A stretch of 35,970 nt of DNA. Origin: Mollicutes bacterium. Lineage in GTDB: Bacteria > Bacillota_I > Bacilli_A > RF39 > UBA660. Within the stretch, counting starts at the first letter, position 1, and the number at the start of each line of letters is the position of its first letter. The DNA is taken from assembly GCA_012513875.1 (NCBI GenBank), contig JAAZBI010000099.1, forward strand, positions 1 to 35,970, given 5' to 3'. Below the pieces are notes generated by a model that did not search any database, was not told the DNA's origin, and worked only from the letters and a program-made list of their open reading frames with translations. The translations under genes and the position numbers were made by a program. This document shows, piece after piece, positions 19,201-24,729 of the stretch.

Positions 19201-21419
19201 AATTAATATATACTAAAGGGCAAGGGTTCTCCCGTTCGCTTCGTCATGCAGAAGGAAGGAAAACACTTGCAGACAATCCTCTTGCATATATCCTCTCGGT
19301 CCAATTTCAGGCAATATCCGAACAGGTGACAAATGAGGTCAATAATTCTATGCTGAATCTTATCATCAAAAATCTTGGCAATAATGAGATCCATGAGTTG
19401 GCCACACTGAAAAAACTGTATTACCTGAAAGTAAATCTCCCTGATGGATCGTATGAATGGGAACCAACACTAACCAGGCCCACAGCAGAACAATTCGCCA
19501 GTGGAGAAGCAAGAACGAAAATATTCCGTGAACATGAAAAATTAAGAGCCCCTTCGCAGGCCCGGGAGCATGAGGTTATTGTCCGTAAGCCCGGAGGAGA
19601 TATGGTGATGATCTTTAAAGGACAAAACTTGCCCGTTGCACAAAGTCTTAACAAGCAAAATTACTTATACCGATCCATATTTGGGAACGTACATGATGCA
19701 AGGGATATCAATAAGGCTATGACCCTGCTCGGAGATATAAATAATATTCTTAAAGCAGCTTATACTTCATGGAACGTGGTGTTCCCCTTTACTAACTTCA
19801 TGCGAGATTTCCAGGAAGCATCAATAACACAAGCAATAAAACAGGGATCCGGCCTTAAAGTGATTCGCAATTACAAACATGCATTCCCGGCAATCATAAG
19901 GCATCTTACAGGCAAGGCAGATCTAAATAATAGGATTGACAAAGAGCTGGAAGAATTCTATCAGTATGGAGGAGCAACCGGATATACACACCTGAAAACA
20001 CCGGAAGAGATAGAAAAAGACATAAAGAAGGAAATTAAACGTATGGTCAGGGCTGGTTCCCTAAGAGGAGATATGGCCAATACAGCCGTTAAGTTCCTGG
20101 GAGGCGTTGAAGCATGGAATATGATCTTTGAGGATGCAACACGGTTCTCCGTTTACTTGGCTTCTATAGCAAGTGGTAACACAAAAAAAGATGCTGCCTA
20201 TGATGCGAAAGAAGCTTCTGTTAACTTCAACCGGAAAGGAAAAGGGAGTAAGGCCTGGGATGCATATTTCGCATTCTTTAATGTAGCAATACAGAGTATG
20301 CAGAAAAACTTCGCACTGGCTAAAGATCATACCGGTAAGTTCGCTGCCGTTGCTGGTTCATTTATTGCCGTAGGATTCCTTGAAGCCATGATGAATGCCC
20401 TCTTTGATGATGACGATGACACATCTTATTACAACATCAATCCATATATGAGGCAAAACTACCTTGTGATTCCGAATATTATCTCATTACTCAGGGGCGG
20501 GACAAAAGGGGACAAATACCTAAGCATACCGCTTCCACAGTTCTGGAGAGGATTCAAGAGTATGGGGGCGATAGGTTTTGATATTGCTGTTAAAAAAGCA
20601 ACCGTCAAAGATGGTATAATGCAAGCCCTGGGGAATTTTGGAGCTTCCCTTCTCCCTGTTGATATAGGGGGATTCTGGGCTTCAGGTGAATTCAGCTTTG
20701 CCCCTATCATGCCAACGGTTATTAAACCAGTTGTAGAAGTACTTGAAAACACCAACTATATGGGCTATGCAATCAAGAATGAACCTTTCACAAGAGATCA
20801 GGAGGCCATCCTTGCTAATGCCGGTCTAGGGAAAAAGAATGTCAGTCCGGCAGCTAAATTCATAACCGATATGCTCTTTAGATGGGGAGGGGGAGATAGT
20901 AAGTATAAATACTACTATGATAGCAATAAGGGGATATCAAAGAAGGTGCCGGGCATACTTGATATAAACCCGTCCACGATAGAACATTTATTCAAGGGAT
21001 ATACCGGAGGCACAGGAGGGGTTTTCTCTGATATGATAACCACCATATCCCAGGCTCTTGACGTGGAACAAGAGATTGATTATAGGAATATGCCATTCGT
21101 AAATAGGTTTATAAGGAAGGTCCCTGAGTCCAAATGGGATATTATTTCAAAATATTACAACCTAAGGGATGATTACAAGGTGATTAATGCTTTAAGCTCG
21201 AATTATTTCAAGGAAGGGCAGTATGAGAAAGCTCTTGAGATAGCCGGAGACGAGTATATGGCAAAATATGTTGCAATATTCAAACACTACGAATCAGCAC
21301 TAAATGATGCAAAGAAAGCCGTTGACTTTGATGATGTGGAAGGGAATTATGTAGGGATAGAGTTAATGCGCCAATGTGTCAATGACATAAATGATCTTAA
21401 AGAAGAATATGGGAGGTAA
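7281..21419 (+). CDS. Giant polyvalent protein (4,712 aa): a multi-domain helicase/methyltransferase/RadC/zincin fusion, likely virion-associated
   Basis: A single uninterrupted 14,139-nt ORF, flanked 10 nt and 6 nt from its neighbours. The domain motifs are listed as separate features below. Confidence 0.85.
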   Translation: MEDKLQLFYNSLSANPNIKGIPDDYDVFRSTLADPEKSELFYNSLSANPKIKGLPEDYDAFVSGLNLNTGGVTPKEEQQQQRQGYFEGLGNKLQAGALSLGEIVTEIPQFAEGVSNLPYMIFSNMMVNRAEKKGEIDKETADVLKKEQLLPKSSFAQGLPRMPGEQTVGEALANSKLNQFFEDKAEELSEAATRYDRTATEYIKDKQFGKALGVVSYGIAESLAPTLAAAFSPYGAAYLGLGVGAQSYDEVKDREDMSEMMKLADAVTSGIFEWVFERFGTREMAQFLKGYYKQAGKKGIEQAIKSQGLQNLFARAYKKFGLWFAPLHEGLSEMLTEFGQNWAAKFSGEDPNRKITDNAIESFLVGTGMGGVFTSTAALAKKLKGQEDETGTPGEPVDQGPPGIGELKVPYTEEQATEAINEIGKDLKFGDTPLEEDPNPIISFAETKLGQKVILKKEGGVNGDTFFIAFDLETNEPILVKPRDILERKDVPYQEWVKNELNNYNIVKTQGGKMVAQAEAPVQEGQEITLKDKNFYVSEVTPEGIALNEIDEEGNVTGATVHITPDQYGPVFGIEEQPGEAPTIKEGATGQPVTEDAQTAPQEELQIPLNKQGEIDYDNIQDPQTYAQALIQEFAEGAPTVLDELITEKQDALAKAGKVSNAIERARKIKSLNSEINKLTDVRNILSPTATTTTIASPAVEQAEPIEQPTAQDMARTKEEQPVVEQTTAQTPSTPDETVPVEAEMQKAGEVEKKTSADLTKANAEIDTNPTEAQKEAGNYKKGHLSVQGLDISIENPAMSVRSGTDKAGKKWSVMLNNSYGYFRRTKGKDGDQVDVFLGDNLDSDAVYVIDQVNPETGLFDEHKVMMGFISAQDAKDNYLANYEPGWKGLGAISKMSIDQFKDWLGSGTRTKKPVDGNVPVKKKAEPKTKAEKPSKPVKEVTLKPRKKGFTYGPNSRTGKVLSKTPNSFQEAVLQFFIGGGRIKTQDFLDHTGYKRGSREFRQYVWAIKNDGQRLDTFNEALDNSFGIEDQGPMDMINEVIDILRTYPGRGHMMTALEKMQDVETIPDHMLPPEEDPSLEYDDLQGADEETEELTDDIMDHPEVKEIIKEYSFDGVLDVSKLLDKIDTDPNEFTIFPFALKKSELLKLKERLQDEQRRRTQESQTGTGQHNKDQSQGARENTTRSDQGNAVRTGPVEKGPDEKPEVTRKSSQKSKSEFAGEVLEKKSPKGKAEYGSKNKVFTADAAQKARELLKKKLGNLNVGIDPEVMQAGITLAGYHIEAGARKFADYAKEMINDMGEAIKPYLKSFYNAVRDWPGFDTEGMDDYAAVSTIDVSNLVAENLDNTKEVSNLHKNIQDVPNRSGDSQPNSQNNSDEVSGDEETVPNEGGSSRPVGDESSQQNRETRGGRSSQGGSGLFAPLFGEPSNNKVSQEDQSPELTDDDAGDFDGRGNDLFGPAGHDSSVSNTGEKGSNISKGVSTSFQERTRLRKIAQQKAEPIPIKIADKGNIEETLPVLLPEQQEDVLKAENRFFNEAHQTHELAYGKGMLFTNGTGTGKTYTGLGIIKRFLKQGKRDILIVVPSEAKKKDWIEDGENLLLSITELKDTKDKGNGVRVTTYATFRANENLKNVDFDLVVYDECHRLMEDKGGNPSATTEAHYQMSNVSPNSAFTRITSVHPLWIRRSALNREIRIESKSTNNLDLMDWQLAEIRDKIKALEEELKTVEEEIRQVEPSIKERAEKAHDKTKVLMLSATPFKGHFNLRYANKVLFDWGDETTYEQASRGMSRVDPEGRFFLDNFGAAYEWKFHRLQTKSNANAEAIAMQEVEFAENLMKQGVLSGRAIESNMDYSREFPLVALDKAEIFNQGFTDIFTYGEAALFPNLTEPASEVFFNYNYTTQLLESLRASMSIPRIEKHLALGRKVVVFHRRKQANASPPFANILQVARSNANTVLKSDTAREEEKAKAKETLVQADLFEEKYRELLEYEQTLNYSSAIDQIIQKFGAERVGLVNGDVSKKDKMNNIRRFNEDDSGVDIIVVQEEAGKEGISLHDTTGKHPRVMMSLSLPISSTTALQMEGRIFRIGQASNAIFENPILGLDMEIADFGQKINRKLSTTENLAVGNQARDLIRSFSEGVLFNAKKDDPHIDQGKGGKEYDKKAQQQLSEFRRAVLVYSTNQKNRGRRDSREGIDYFATPEPLGQKMVEWLDLKPGNSAMEPSAGHGAIAMWFPESINTTSIEPSYSLYAKLNARAGGGNRKIVRSNFEDFNIVNKFDGIAMNPPFGTQGKMAMDHIEKAFKHLRNRGRIVAIIPDSPSMQKRFDSFINGTNEDGKPLNPDAHLVESIKLPRVTFEQAGTQVAARVVVIDKIEIKTKAQIQNELAAEDLQRVISQRGATLRPKEMLSAEALRRYEEQFEQMPHTINRELPEVKTVDEFFDRIEDISVPARPEAPESANSISTDSPTATEPAQEGDVAKLIIQKHSKTGAELPTVQLLNRVSSDVYNKYKSIASSFGGRWSSYKREGMIPGFIFRNGEDAKNALTQINNTKNDVSSLHDKAEKYIKKNKVYSQARPKTDFPEEVSFVSEGSLGNIPGQLNLFGEEVYSPTPPDDNVTYVERLLSDKGQIEFIGDKITGPSEIRSSADIAFLFKNLESAASENVFFVFIDKNNKYKVLYMSTGTTNMAPVDTKIVVAAAKEFKAERAVFVHNHPSGSLKASDSDIKTYSRTRDLLEKIGVTLDPSVIINLDSGEYAVFDTSSFSVVPSDKMYYDLYETVTPQSIYQFDRQKLYAPLSDHHAIRESSDVAEYLSRMKRGTTPKIHAIILDRNLKITRYALYDETITREKLIEELLYEVGKHGENIILASNSDPAPELLSSISNAMKLANGQLLDYVVIKQSDDITRNYNSYADLGYLSEPDIEYGEGPDAKFRISDDLYFSPVERALDAIKQDKATVEQFKAMLLKNGAKQAELDWMGWDEFANDKRVITKAKIQDWIDQNKIRVEEVQKGGFQWKGNDLIVGGKVVANLIHNEDGTWSYQSDFSEGEEAWETKLDAQKEAEEAIIGDAYSPNATKYSQYTLPGGENYKELLLTMPDLQRKNRLDYNRRFGELEKEVLQRLGDNIKYPAAFNLYDAKHNGLLTPDELSRLNSIDQQANKKLPENFKSSHFEEPNILAHVRFNTRRTQDGKNILFIEEIQSDWAQEGKKKGYKSDKDKLFKDLAAKGIFQDRKSTIETSFIDKEGNQIYHPNSNVPQKASPEQDAAIDEFYKEYQNISNASIPDMPYKKTDQWVGLALRRMVRYAIDNGFDAIAWTPGEVQNERYDLSKQVDKITYNINEKTRKTEYPFKMRVWPKNGGSPIVREINNVNELEDFVGKEIAEKIDSSGGEYEGGNREYKILSNLDLKVGGSGMTGFYDNILPSIANKLGKKFGSHVEETKVVNKRFNIRLKNNGFYEINDIDGHMVINNVDPEKIDQWKESSYTVHSLPITDAMFDSYRQGIPLFRRNQYQGQSLLFDVVGINTSQNLEKEIRDKVKDLEESLHTKITIIQNRGQLPERIQRQAIRQGIATNKRITGVYDPQTESVYVLLDDVKAVGIIKGIEEVIKTVLHEVVAHKGLPSLLGQDEYNRLLDSVYWDMPQIDRSFLMEQYNTTDPHTIADEYLAMMAEQNVSPTLFQRILAKIRQLLRKLFKINYSENDIHDMLRRSRENLHKPQANNYTNAEEYLEAIDTYEKARFRVAKAYSKNIVDKAAEAYKEKEVKRSIKETKQGIREYIQDLNLPVRKFEEEVLKRGGKQDDQSKPYRDTSLSFGRQEKLYNDFFDQKMKPVLNTVAKMKKTGIPGENILPYIIAKHAIERNRVFRTKERDEYIASNPEATPSEIKEIEEVLKDKDYSGVMPFDKEGEYTNPDELAQDIVNEFETQLNNKGLIDELWENLRTANTSILDTWVKGDQISEEQREEYLNNFKYFVPLRGWRQGAAKELIYTKGQGFSRSLRHAEGRKTLADNPLAYILSVQFQAISEQVTNEVNNSMLNLIIKNLGNNEIHELATLKKLYYLKVNLPDGSYEWEPTLTRPTAEQFASGEARTKIFREHEKLRAPSQAREHEVIVRKPGGDMVMIFKGQNLPVAQSLNKQNYLYRSIFGNVHDARDINKAMTLLGDINNILKAAYTSWNVVFPFTNFMRDFQEASITQAIKQGSGLKVIRNYKHAFPAIIRHLTGKADLNNRIDKELEEFYQYGGATGYTHLKTPEEIEKDIKKEIKRMVRAGSLRGDMANTAVKFLGGVEAWNMIFEDATRFSVYLASIASGNTKKDAAYDAKEASVNFNRKGKGSKAWDAYFAFFNVAIQSMQKNFALAKDHTGKFAAVAGSFIAVGFLEAMMNALFDDDDDTSYYNINPYMRQNYLVIPNIISLLRGGTKGDKYLSIPLPQFWRGFKSMGAIGFDIAVKKATVKDGIMQALGNFGASLLPVDIGGFWASGEFSFAPIMPTVIKPVVEVLENTNYMGYAIKNEPFTRDQEAILANAGLGKKNVSPAAKFITDMLFRWGGGDSKYKYYYDSNKGISKKVPGILDINPSTIEHLFKGYTGGTGGVFSDMITTISQALDVEQEIDYRNMPFVNRFIRKVPESKWDIISKYYNLRDDYKVINALSSNYFKEGQYEKALEIAGDEYMAKYVAIFKHYESALNDAKKAVDFDDVEGNYVGIELMRQCVNDINDLKEEYGR
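7299..7463 (+). repeat. Internal duplication in the giant ORF (two 22-aa units with a 33-aa period)
   Basis: aa 7-28 read LFYNSLSANPNIKGIPDDYDVF and aa 40-61 read LFYNSLSANPKIKGLPEDYDAF (18/22 identical). The DNA copies differ at many synonymous sites. Confidence 0.9.
9585..9998 (+). other. Giant ORF domain: inorganic-pyrophosphatase-like module
   Basis: AGNYKKGH is followed by GLDISIENPAMSVRSG, YGYFRRTKGKDGDQVDVFLG and VMMGF. DGDQVDV resembles the PPase signature D-x-D-x-x-D-V. This pattern recurs in phage and ICE giant proteins (recalled from memory). Confidence 0.45.
11808..13690 (+). other. Giant ORF domain: SNF2/DEAD-like superfamily-2 helicase
   Basis: The motifs are Walker A NGTGTGKT (11931-11954), DECH box (12192-12203), LMLSATPF, and motif VI QMEGRIFRIGQ (13503-13535). 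Confidence 0.8.
13848..14390 (+). other. Giant ORF domain: N6-adenine DNA methyltransferase (gamma-like motif order)
   Basis: AdoMet motif I EPSAGHGAI starts at 13929. The catalytic motif IV NPPF is at 14115-14126. Confidence 0.8.
15189..15539 (+). other. Giant ORF domain: RadC-like JAB metallo-domain (apparently active)
   Basis: The sequence reads ...SENVFFVFIDKNNKYKVLYMSTGT...AVFVHNHPSGSLKASDSD. HNHPSG is at 15393-15410. Confidence 0.8.
15666..15965 (+). other. Giant ORF domain: degenerate second RadC-like copy that lacks the metal site
   Basis: The layout is the same (IRESSDVAEYL..., HAIILDRNLKITRY..., ...LLDYVVI). ASNSDP at 15861-15878 replaces HNHPSG. Confidence 0.5.
16030..17760 (+). 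other. Giant ORF: large conserved-looking module of unknown function
   Basis: The motifs are HFEEPNILAHVRF, IEEIQSDWAQEG (from 16842), DQWVGLALRRMVRYAIDNGFDAIAWTPG and GGSGMTGFYDNILPSIANKLGKKFG. I cannot assign a family. Confidence 0.3.
17979..18280 (+). other. Giant ORF domain: zincin-like metallopeptidase motif (polyvalent-protein type)
   Basis: TVLHEVVAHKGLP has H-E-x-x-x-H at 18087-18104, preceded by a beta-rich segment ITGVYDPQTESVYVLLDD. The spacing is HExxxH, not the classical HExxH. Confidence 0.45.
18500..21419 (+). other. Giant ORF: C-terminal ~970-aa module with hydrophobic segments
   Basis: The motifs are YFVPLRGW, WNVVFPFTNFMRDFQE and EDATRFSVYLASIASG...EASVNFNRKGKG (from 20130). 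Hydrophobic stretches include FAAVAGSFIAVGFLEAMMNALF. It resembles C-terminal modules of phage polyvalent proteins (recalled from memory). Confidence 0.4.
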
Positions 21420-21425
21420 AAGAAT

Positions 21426-23423
21426 ATGAAAATCATCACAGCTAAAGAGGAGCTAAAAGGATTTACTAACAGTACCCTCGGCATGAGGAAACAGAAGGTT
21501 GTCCCCTTAATAGATGTTTCTGAGATATCTGATGAGGTAAATGCTAATATGCAGCTTCTTGAAGATTGCCGCAGGTATTGGGATAGTCTAAGGGATTTCC
21601 GTAACCGGAGGCTTCGTAACAGAAAATATTACCGAGGGGATCAATGGAGTGACCAAATAGAAGACCCAGACAACGAAGGAGAATATATAACAGAGGAGAC
21701 ATACCTTAAAGAACAAGGGAAGGTTCCATTAAAGCAGAACCAGATTCGTCAGCTCGTAAAAAACCTTATTGGGCAATACAGGAGTAATCCATCGAAAAGT
21801 ATTGTCATTGCCCGGGCCCGGGAAGATGCTCAAGCTACTGAGATGCTTACTAATGCCTTACAAGCTGCATCGTATGTTAATATTTTACCTGAACTGGATG
21901 CAAGGGTATTTGAGGAATTCAACCTTTCAGGCGCTATTATTCAAAAGATAGGATATAAATACTTTAAAGAGCGGAATCTGGAGGACCTTTATGTTGAAAA
22001 TACAAATCCTAACAGGATATTCTTTAATTCGGATCTGTCAGATATAAGGCTTAATGACCTCCGGTTGATAGGGGAGATTATTGACACTACAGTTGATAAC
22101 ATTGTAAGCTCATTCGCCAAACACAAAGGAGACGAAGAAAAGATAAGGCAGTTATATGCAGGGCTGGTAGATAGAACATATCTCTCAGACCATGGCCTTG
22201 ATCCCACCAGACTTGATAACATGGATTTTTATAATCCAAGAGATTCTAACAAGGCAAGACTGTTTGAAATATGGACACTAAAGGGGGAATGGAGGGTGTA
22301 TGCTCATGATCCAATGGATGGGACATATAATATTGTCGATTATACTCTTAAAGAGATCGCAGCCCAAAACAAGGAAAGAATAGCCATAGGGGAAGAACAA
22401 GGCATACCACAGGAAGAGATACCGCTTATTGAGGCAGAGGAGAAGTTTGAACAGTTCTGGTATGTTAAATTTCTTACTCCCTTCGGCCATTGTCTCTATG
22501 AAGGGGAAACACCTTATAAGCATGAAGAGCATCCTTATGCAATAACCCTTTACCCTCTTCTTGATGGTGAAGTATGGGGATTCGTTGAGGACATAATTGA
22601 CCAACAAAGATATATTAACAGGCTTATTATCCAAATGGACTTTATTATGAGTGCATCAGCAAAAGGAGTACTCTTAATCCCTGAGGATGTTATCCCTGAT
22701 GGGATGACCCCTGATGATTTTGCAAAAGAATGGACCCGTTTTAACGGAATAATAACATATACACCTAAGCCACATGGGAAGATGCCAGAACAAATTAGCG
22801 CAAATTCCACGGGGATAGGGCTAAATGAGATGATAGCTCTTCAGATGAATCTATTACAAAATATTTCCGGGATCCATGATGCTATACAGGGGAAATCACC
22901 AAGCTCAGGAACCCCCTCTTCTTTATATGCGCAAGAAGCTCAATATGCATCGCTTAATACTCTTGACTATATGAGTACGTTCCGTTATTATAAACAGAAA
23001 AGGGATTTAAAAGCTCTCAAAGTAATTGTCCAGTATTATAACGACAAAAGGTACTTATCTGTTAACGGTAGAAGTATAAACGAGGATTCTAAAATATACG
23101 ACCCTGATATTGTTCGGGATCTTGACTTTGATGTAGTTGTTTCACAGGGGATGGATACTCCTGTATATAGACAATTGATTGATGAAACATTAATGAAGCT
23201 TCTTGAAGGACAAATGATTGATATTGAGATGTTCTTAGAACACACTTCATTGCCATTTGCTGACAAACTACTCTCGGCAATAAGACAAAGGAAAGAGGCT
23301 ATGATGCAAGAAGGAGGAATGCCAGGTATTCCGGAAGATTTGCTGGCTCAGATTAATCAGGGCACAAACCCGCAAGCAATGGAAATGGCAAAACAGGCTA
23401 TAGGAATGAAGTCTGCAGCATAA
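21426..23423 (+). CDS. Portal protein
   Basis: 665 aa, the expected size and position in a head module. It has an N-terminal ...RRYWDSLRDFRNRRLRNRKYYRGDQW... segment and an acidic, Q/M-rich C-terminal tail typical of portals. The call rests on pattern recognition only. Confidence 0.7.
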   Translation: MKIITAKEELKGFTNSTLGMRKQKVVPLIDVSEISDEVNANMQLLEDCRRYWDSLRDFRNRRLRNRKYYRGDQWSDQIEDPDNEGEYITEETYLKEQGKVPLKQNQIRQLVKNLIGQYRSNPSKSIVIARAREDAQATEMLTNALQAASYVNILPELDARVFEEFNLSGAIIQKIGYKYFKERNLEDLYVENTNPNRIFFNSDLSDIRLNDLRLIGEIIDTTVDNIVSSFAKHKGDEEKIRQLYAGLVDRTYLSDHGLDPTRLDNMDFYNPRDSNKARLFEIWTLKGEWRVYAHDPMDGTYNIVDYTLKEIAAQNKERIAIGEEQGIPQEEIPLIEAEEKFEQFWYVKFLTPFGHCLYEGETPYKHEEHPYAITLYPLLDGEVWGFVEDIIDQQRYINRLIIQMDFIMSASAKGVLLIPEDVIPDGMTPDDFAKEWTRFNGIITYTPKPHGKMPEQISANSTGIGLNEMIALQMNLLQNISGIHDAIQGKSPSSGTPSSLYAQEAQYASLNTLDYMSTFRYYKQKRDLKALKVIVQYYNDKRYLSVNGRSINEDSKIYDPDIVRDLDFDVVVSQGMDTPVYRQLIDETLMKLLEGQMIDIEMFLEHTSLPFADKLLSAIRQRKEAMMQEGGMPGIPEDLLAQINQGTNPQAMEMAKQAIGMKSAA

Positions 23424-23452
23424 TATGTTTTTCTGATAGGTTTAGGTTATAT

Positions 23453-23480
23453 CCCCGGCACGAGTTGCTGGGGATTTTTA
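23453..23480 (+). terminator. Rho-independent terminator of the portal operon
   Basis: The stem CCCCGGCA (23453-23460) pairs with TGCTGGGG (23466-23473) over 8 bp, including one G-U pair. The loop is CGAGT, and ATTTTTA follows. Confidence 0.6.
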
Positions 23481-23609
23481 CAGGTGGTGAAAAGTTACCG
23501 GTTTTATATCTCAGGTGGTGAAAAGTTACCGGTTTTATATCTCAGGTGGTGAAAAGTTACCGGTTTTATATCTCAGGTGGTGAAAAGTTACCGGTTTTAT
23601 ATCTCAGGT
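23481..23609 (+). repeat. Tandem direct repeat array: 4 perfect copies of a 31-bp unit plus a 5-nt partial copy
   Basis: The unit is CAGGTGGTGAAAAGTTACCGGTTTTATATCT, at 23481-23511, 23512-23542, 23543-23573 and 23574-23604, followed by CAGGT. There are no spacers. Confidence 0.97.
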
Positions 23610-23630
23610 TTGGTATATAGTCAAAGGTAG

Positions 23631-23957
23631 TTATTTTTTCGGTGCTAATACCCGTAACCGGAACTCATGTATGATAGCATCATGGAAATGAGTCCTTAAA
23701 GAATAATCACGTTGAATACGGTGTTCAACAAAAGGGGCAGCTTTTTTTAATACTTCATGGATCTTATTTTCCATTTTCATTTTCATCGCAAACTCCGGCT
23801 CTCTCATTCCAAGATAGTCGGAAGCATGCTCTACAAATGATCCTCTTATAATTCTTACCTCATGTTTCTGTATTAATTCAAGAGAGGGTCGTATCTCATT
23901 ATACTTTTCGATTTTGACGCACCCATATTTTGCTAAGATTTTCTCAATGATTTTCAT
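23631..23957 (-). CDS. Hypothetical protein (108 aa)
   Basis: It is the last gene of the minus-strand block. Its start overlaps the upstream stop (ATGA). Confidence 0.5.
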   Translation of the reverse strand: MKIIEKILAKYGCVKIEKYNEIRPSLELIQKHEVRIIRGSFVEHASDYLGMREPEFAMKMKMENKIHEVLKKAAPFVEHRIQRDYSLRTHFHDAIIHEFRLRVLAPKK

Positions 23958-24361
23958 GGTAATAGATATTGAAGTGTTAATAATTCTCCGTGATGTTCGA
24001 TCTTCTGATACGGGACAGAAGGGAATAGCTGAATAGCCTCGGACAGTTGTTCGTAATGGTCGGCAATGAGGTTAAAGTAATCAGAACTGAGCAAAAAAAT
24101 AATGTAGAGCACCTCGATAATTCGGGGCAGATAGACAGCCTGGTCTGGTTCGTTGTCAAATATATTATGGCATTCTCTATGGGCTAATCCCGTATTCAAC
24201 TTTACCGTTTGGAGCTCTCTTGAATAACTTCTGCGAATCAAATGAGCAAGGTCTCCCTCACCCTCTTTAATTCTGTGCCCACAAAATATGCAGAGGGGCC
24301 AGTTCTCAATGTACCATGCCTTAATTTTCGATAGTTCCCGGGCAATCTGTTGTTGTTGCAT
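23954..24361 (-). CDS. HNH/NinG(Rap)-like zinc-binding nuclease candidate
   Basis: 135 aa. The pattern is CIFCG ... DLAHLIRRS ... N..LAHRECHNIFDN, that is CxxC, then His, then Asn, then HxxCH, resembling a beta-beta-alpha-Me nuclease core. It neighbours a NinB-like gene, as in lambdoid nin regions. Confidence 0.4.
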   Translation of the reverse strand: MQQQQIARELSKIKAWYIENWPLCIFCGHRIKEGEGDLAHLIRRSYSRELQTVKLNTGLAHRECHNIFDNEPDQAVYLPRIIEVLYIIFLLSSDYFNLIADHYEQLSEAIQLFPSVPYQKIEHHGELLTLQYLLP

Positions 24362-24378
24362 AATTTTCTTTGGCTCCT

Positions 24379-24474
24379 TTACCCCTTTTTCCGGTTATCA
24401 ACAGCTAGTGCTTTATTAAGTACTGTTTTGAAATGTTCTCTCAAATCCTCCAAGTGTTTTTCGGTTGCTTTCAT
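24379..24474 (-). CDS. Small ORF (31 aa, MKATEKHLEDLREHFKTVLNKALAVDNRKKG)
   Basis: It fills an otherwise empty gap. Its ATG overlaps the upstream TGA (ATGA at 24471-24474). It is below the ORF-track length cutoff. Confidence 0.35.
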   Translation of the reverse strand: MKATEKHLEDLREHFKTVLNKALAVDNRKKG

Positions 24475-24728
24475 TTTTCTCTCCTTCCTTTTAATATATT
24501 TTCATTCCTAAGGTTTGTCTGTGCCTTACAGATAATATTAAATATAGCATATCCTACAACAAGCCAGAGGAAATTTATTTCCTGCCATCCATTGATCTCT
24601 TCCTGTATTTGCTCAATGGACAGGTAGTTAAACGATTCATTTAGTTTATCTAAACGAACATAGTGAAGGATCAGTAAACCCAGAGCTAATAAGCCGAATA
24701 TGATATCAACACCCTGGTTTAATATCAT
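24471..24728 (-). CDS. Small two-TM membrane protein (holin-like topology)
   Basis: I prefer the start MILNQG at 24728, which is 1 nt after the upstream TAA. The hydrophobic segments are IIFGLLALGLLILHYV and INFLWLVVGYAIFNII. The track's longer start (24779) overlaps the upstream gene by 50 nt. Confidence 0.4.
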   Translation of the reverse strand: MILNQGVDIIFGLLALGLLILHYVRLDKLNESFNYLSIEQIQEEINGWQEINFLWLVVGYAIFNIICKAQTNLRNENILKGRREK

Positions 24729-24729
24729 T

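Noticed and set aside
23481-23609. Could the 31-bp repeats be a CRISPR mini-array?
   Set aside because: The repeats are directly adjacent, with no spacers between them, and no cas genes or leader are present.
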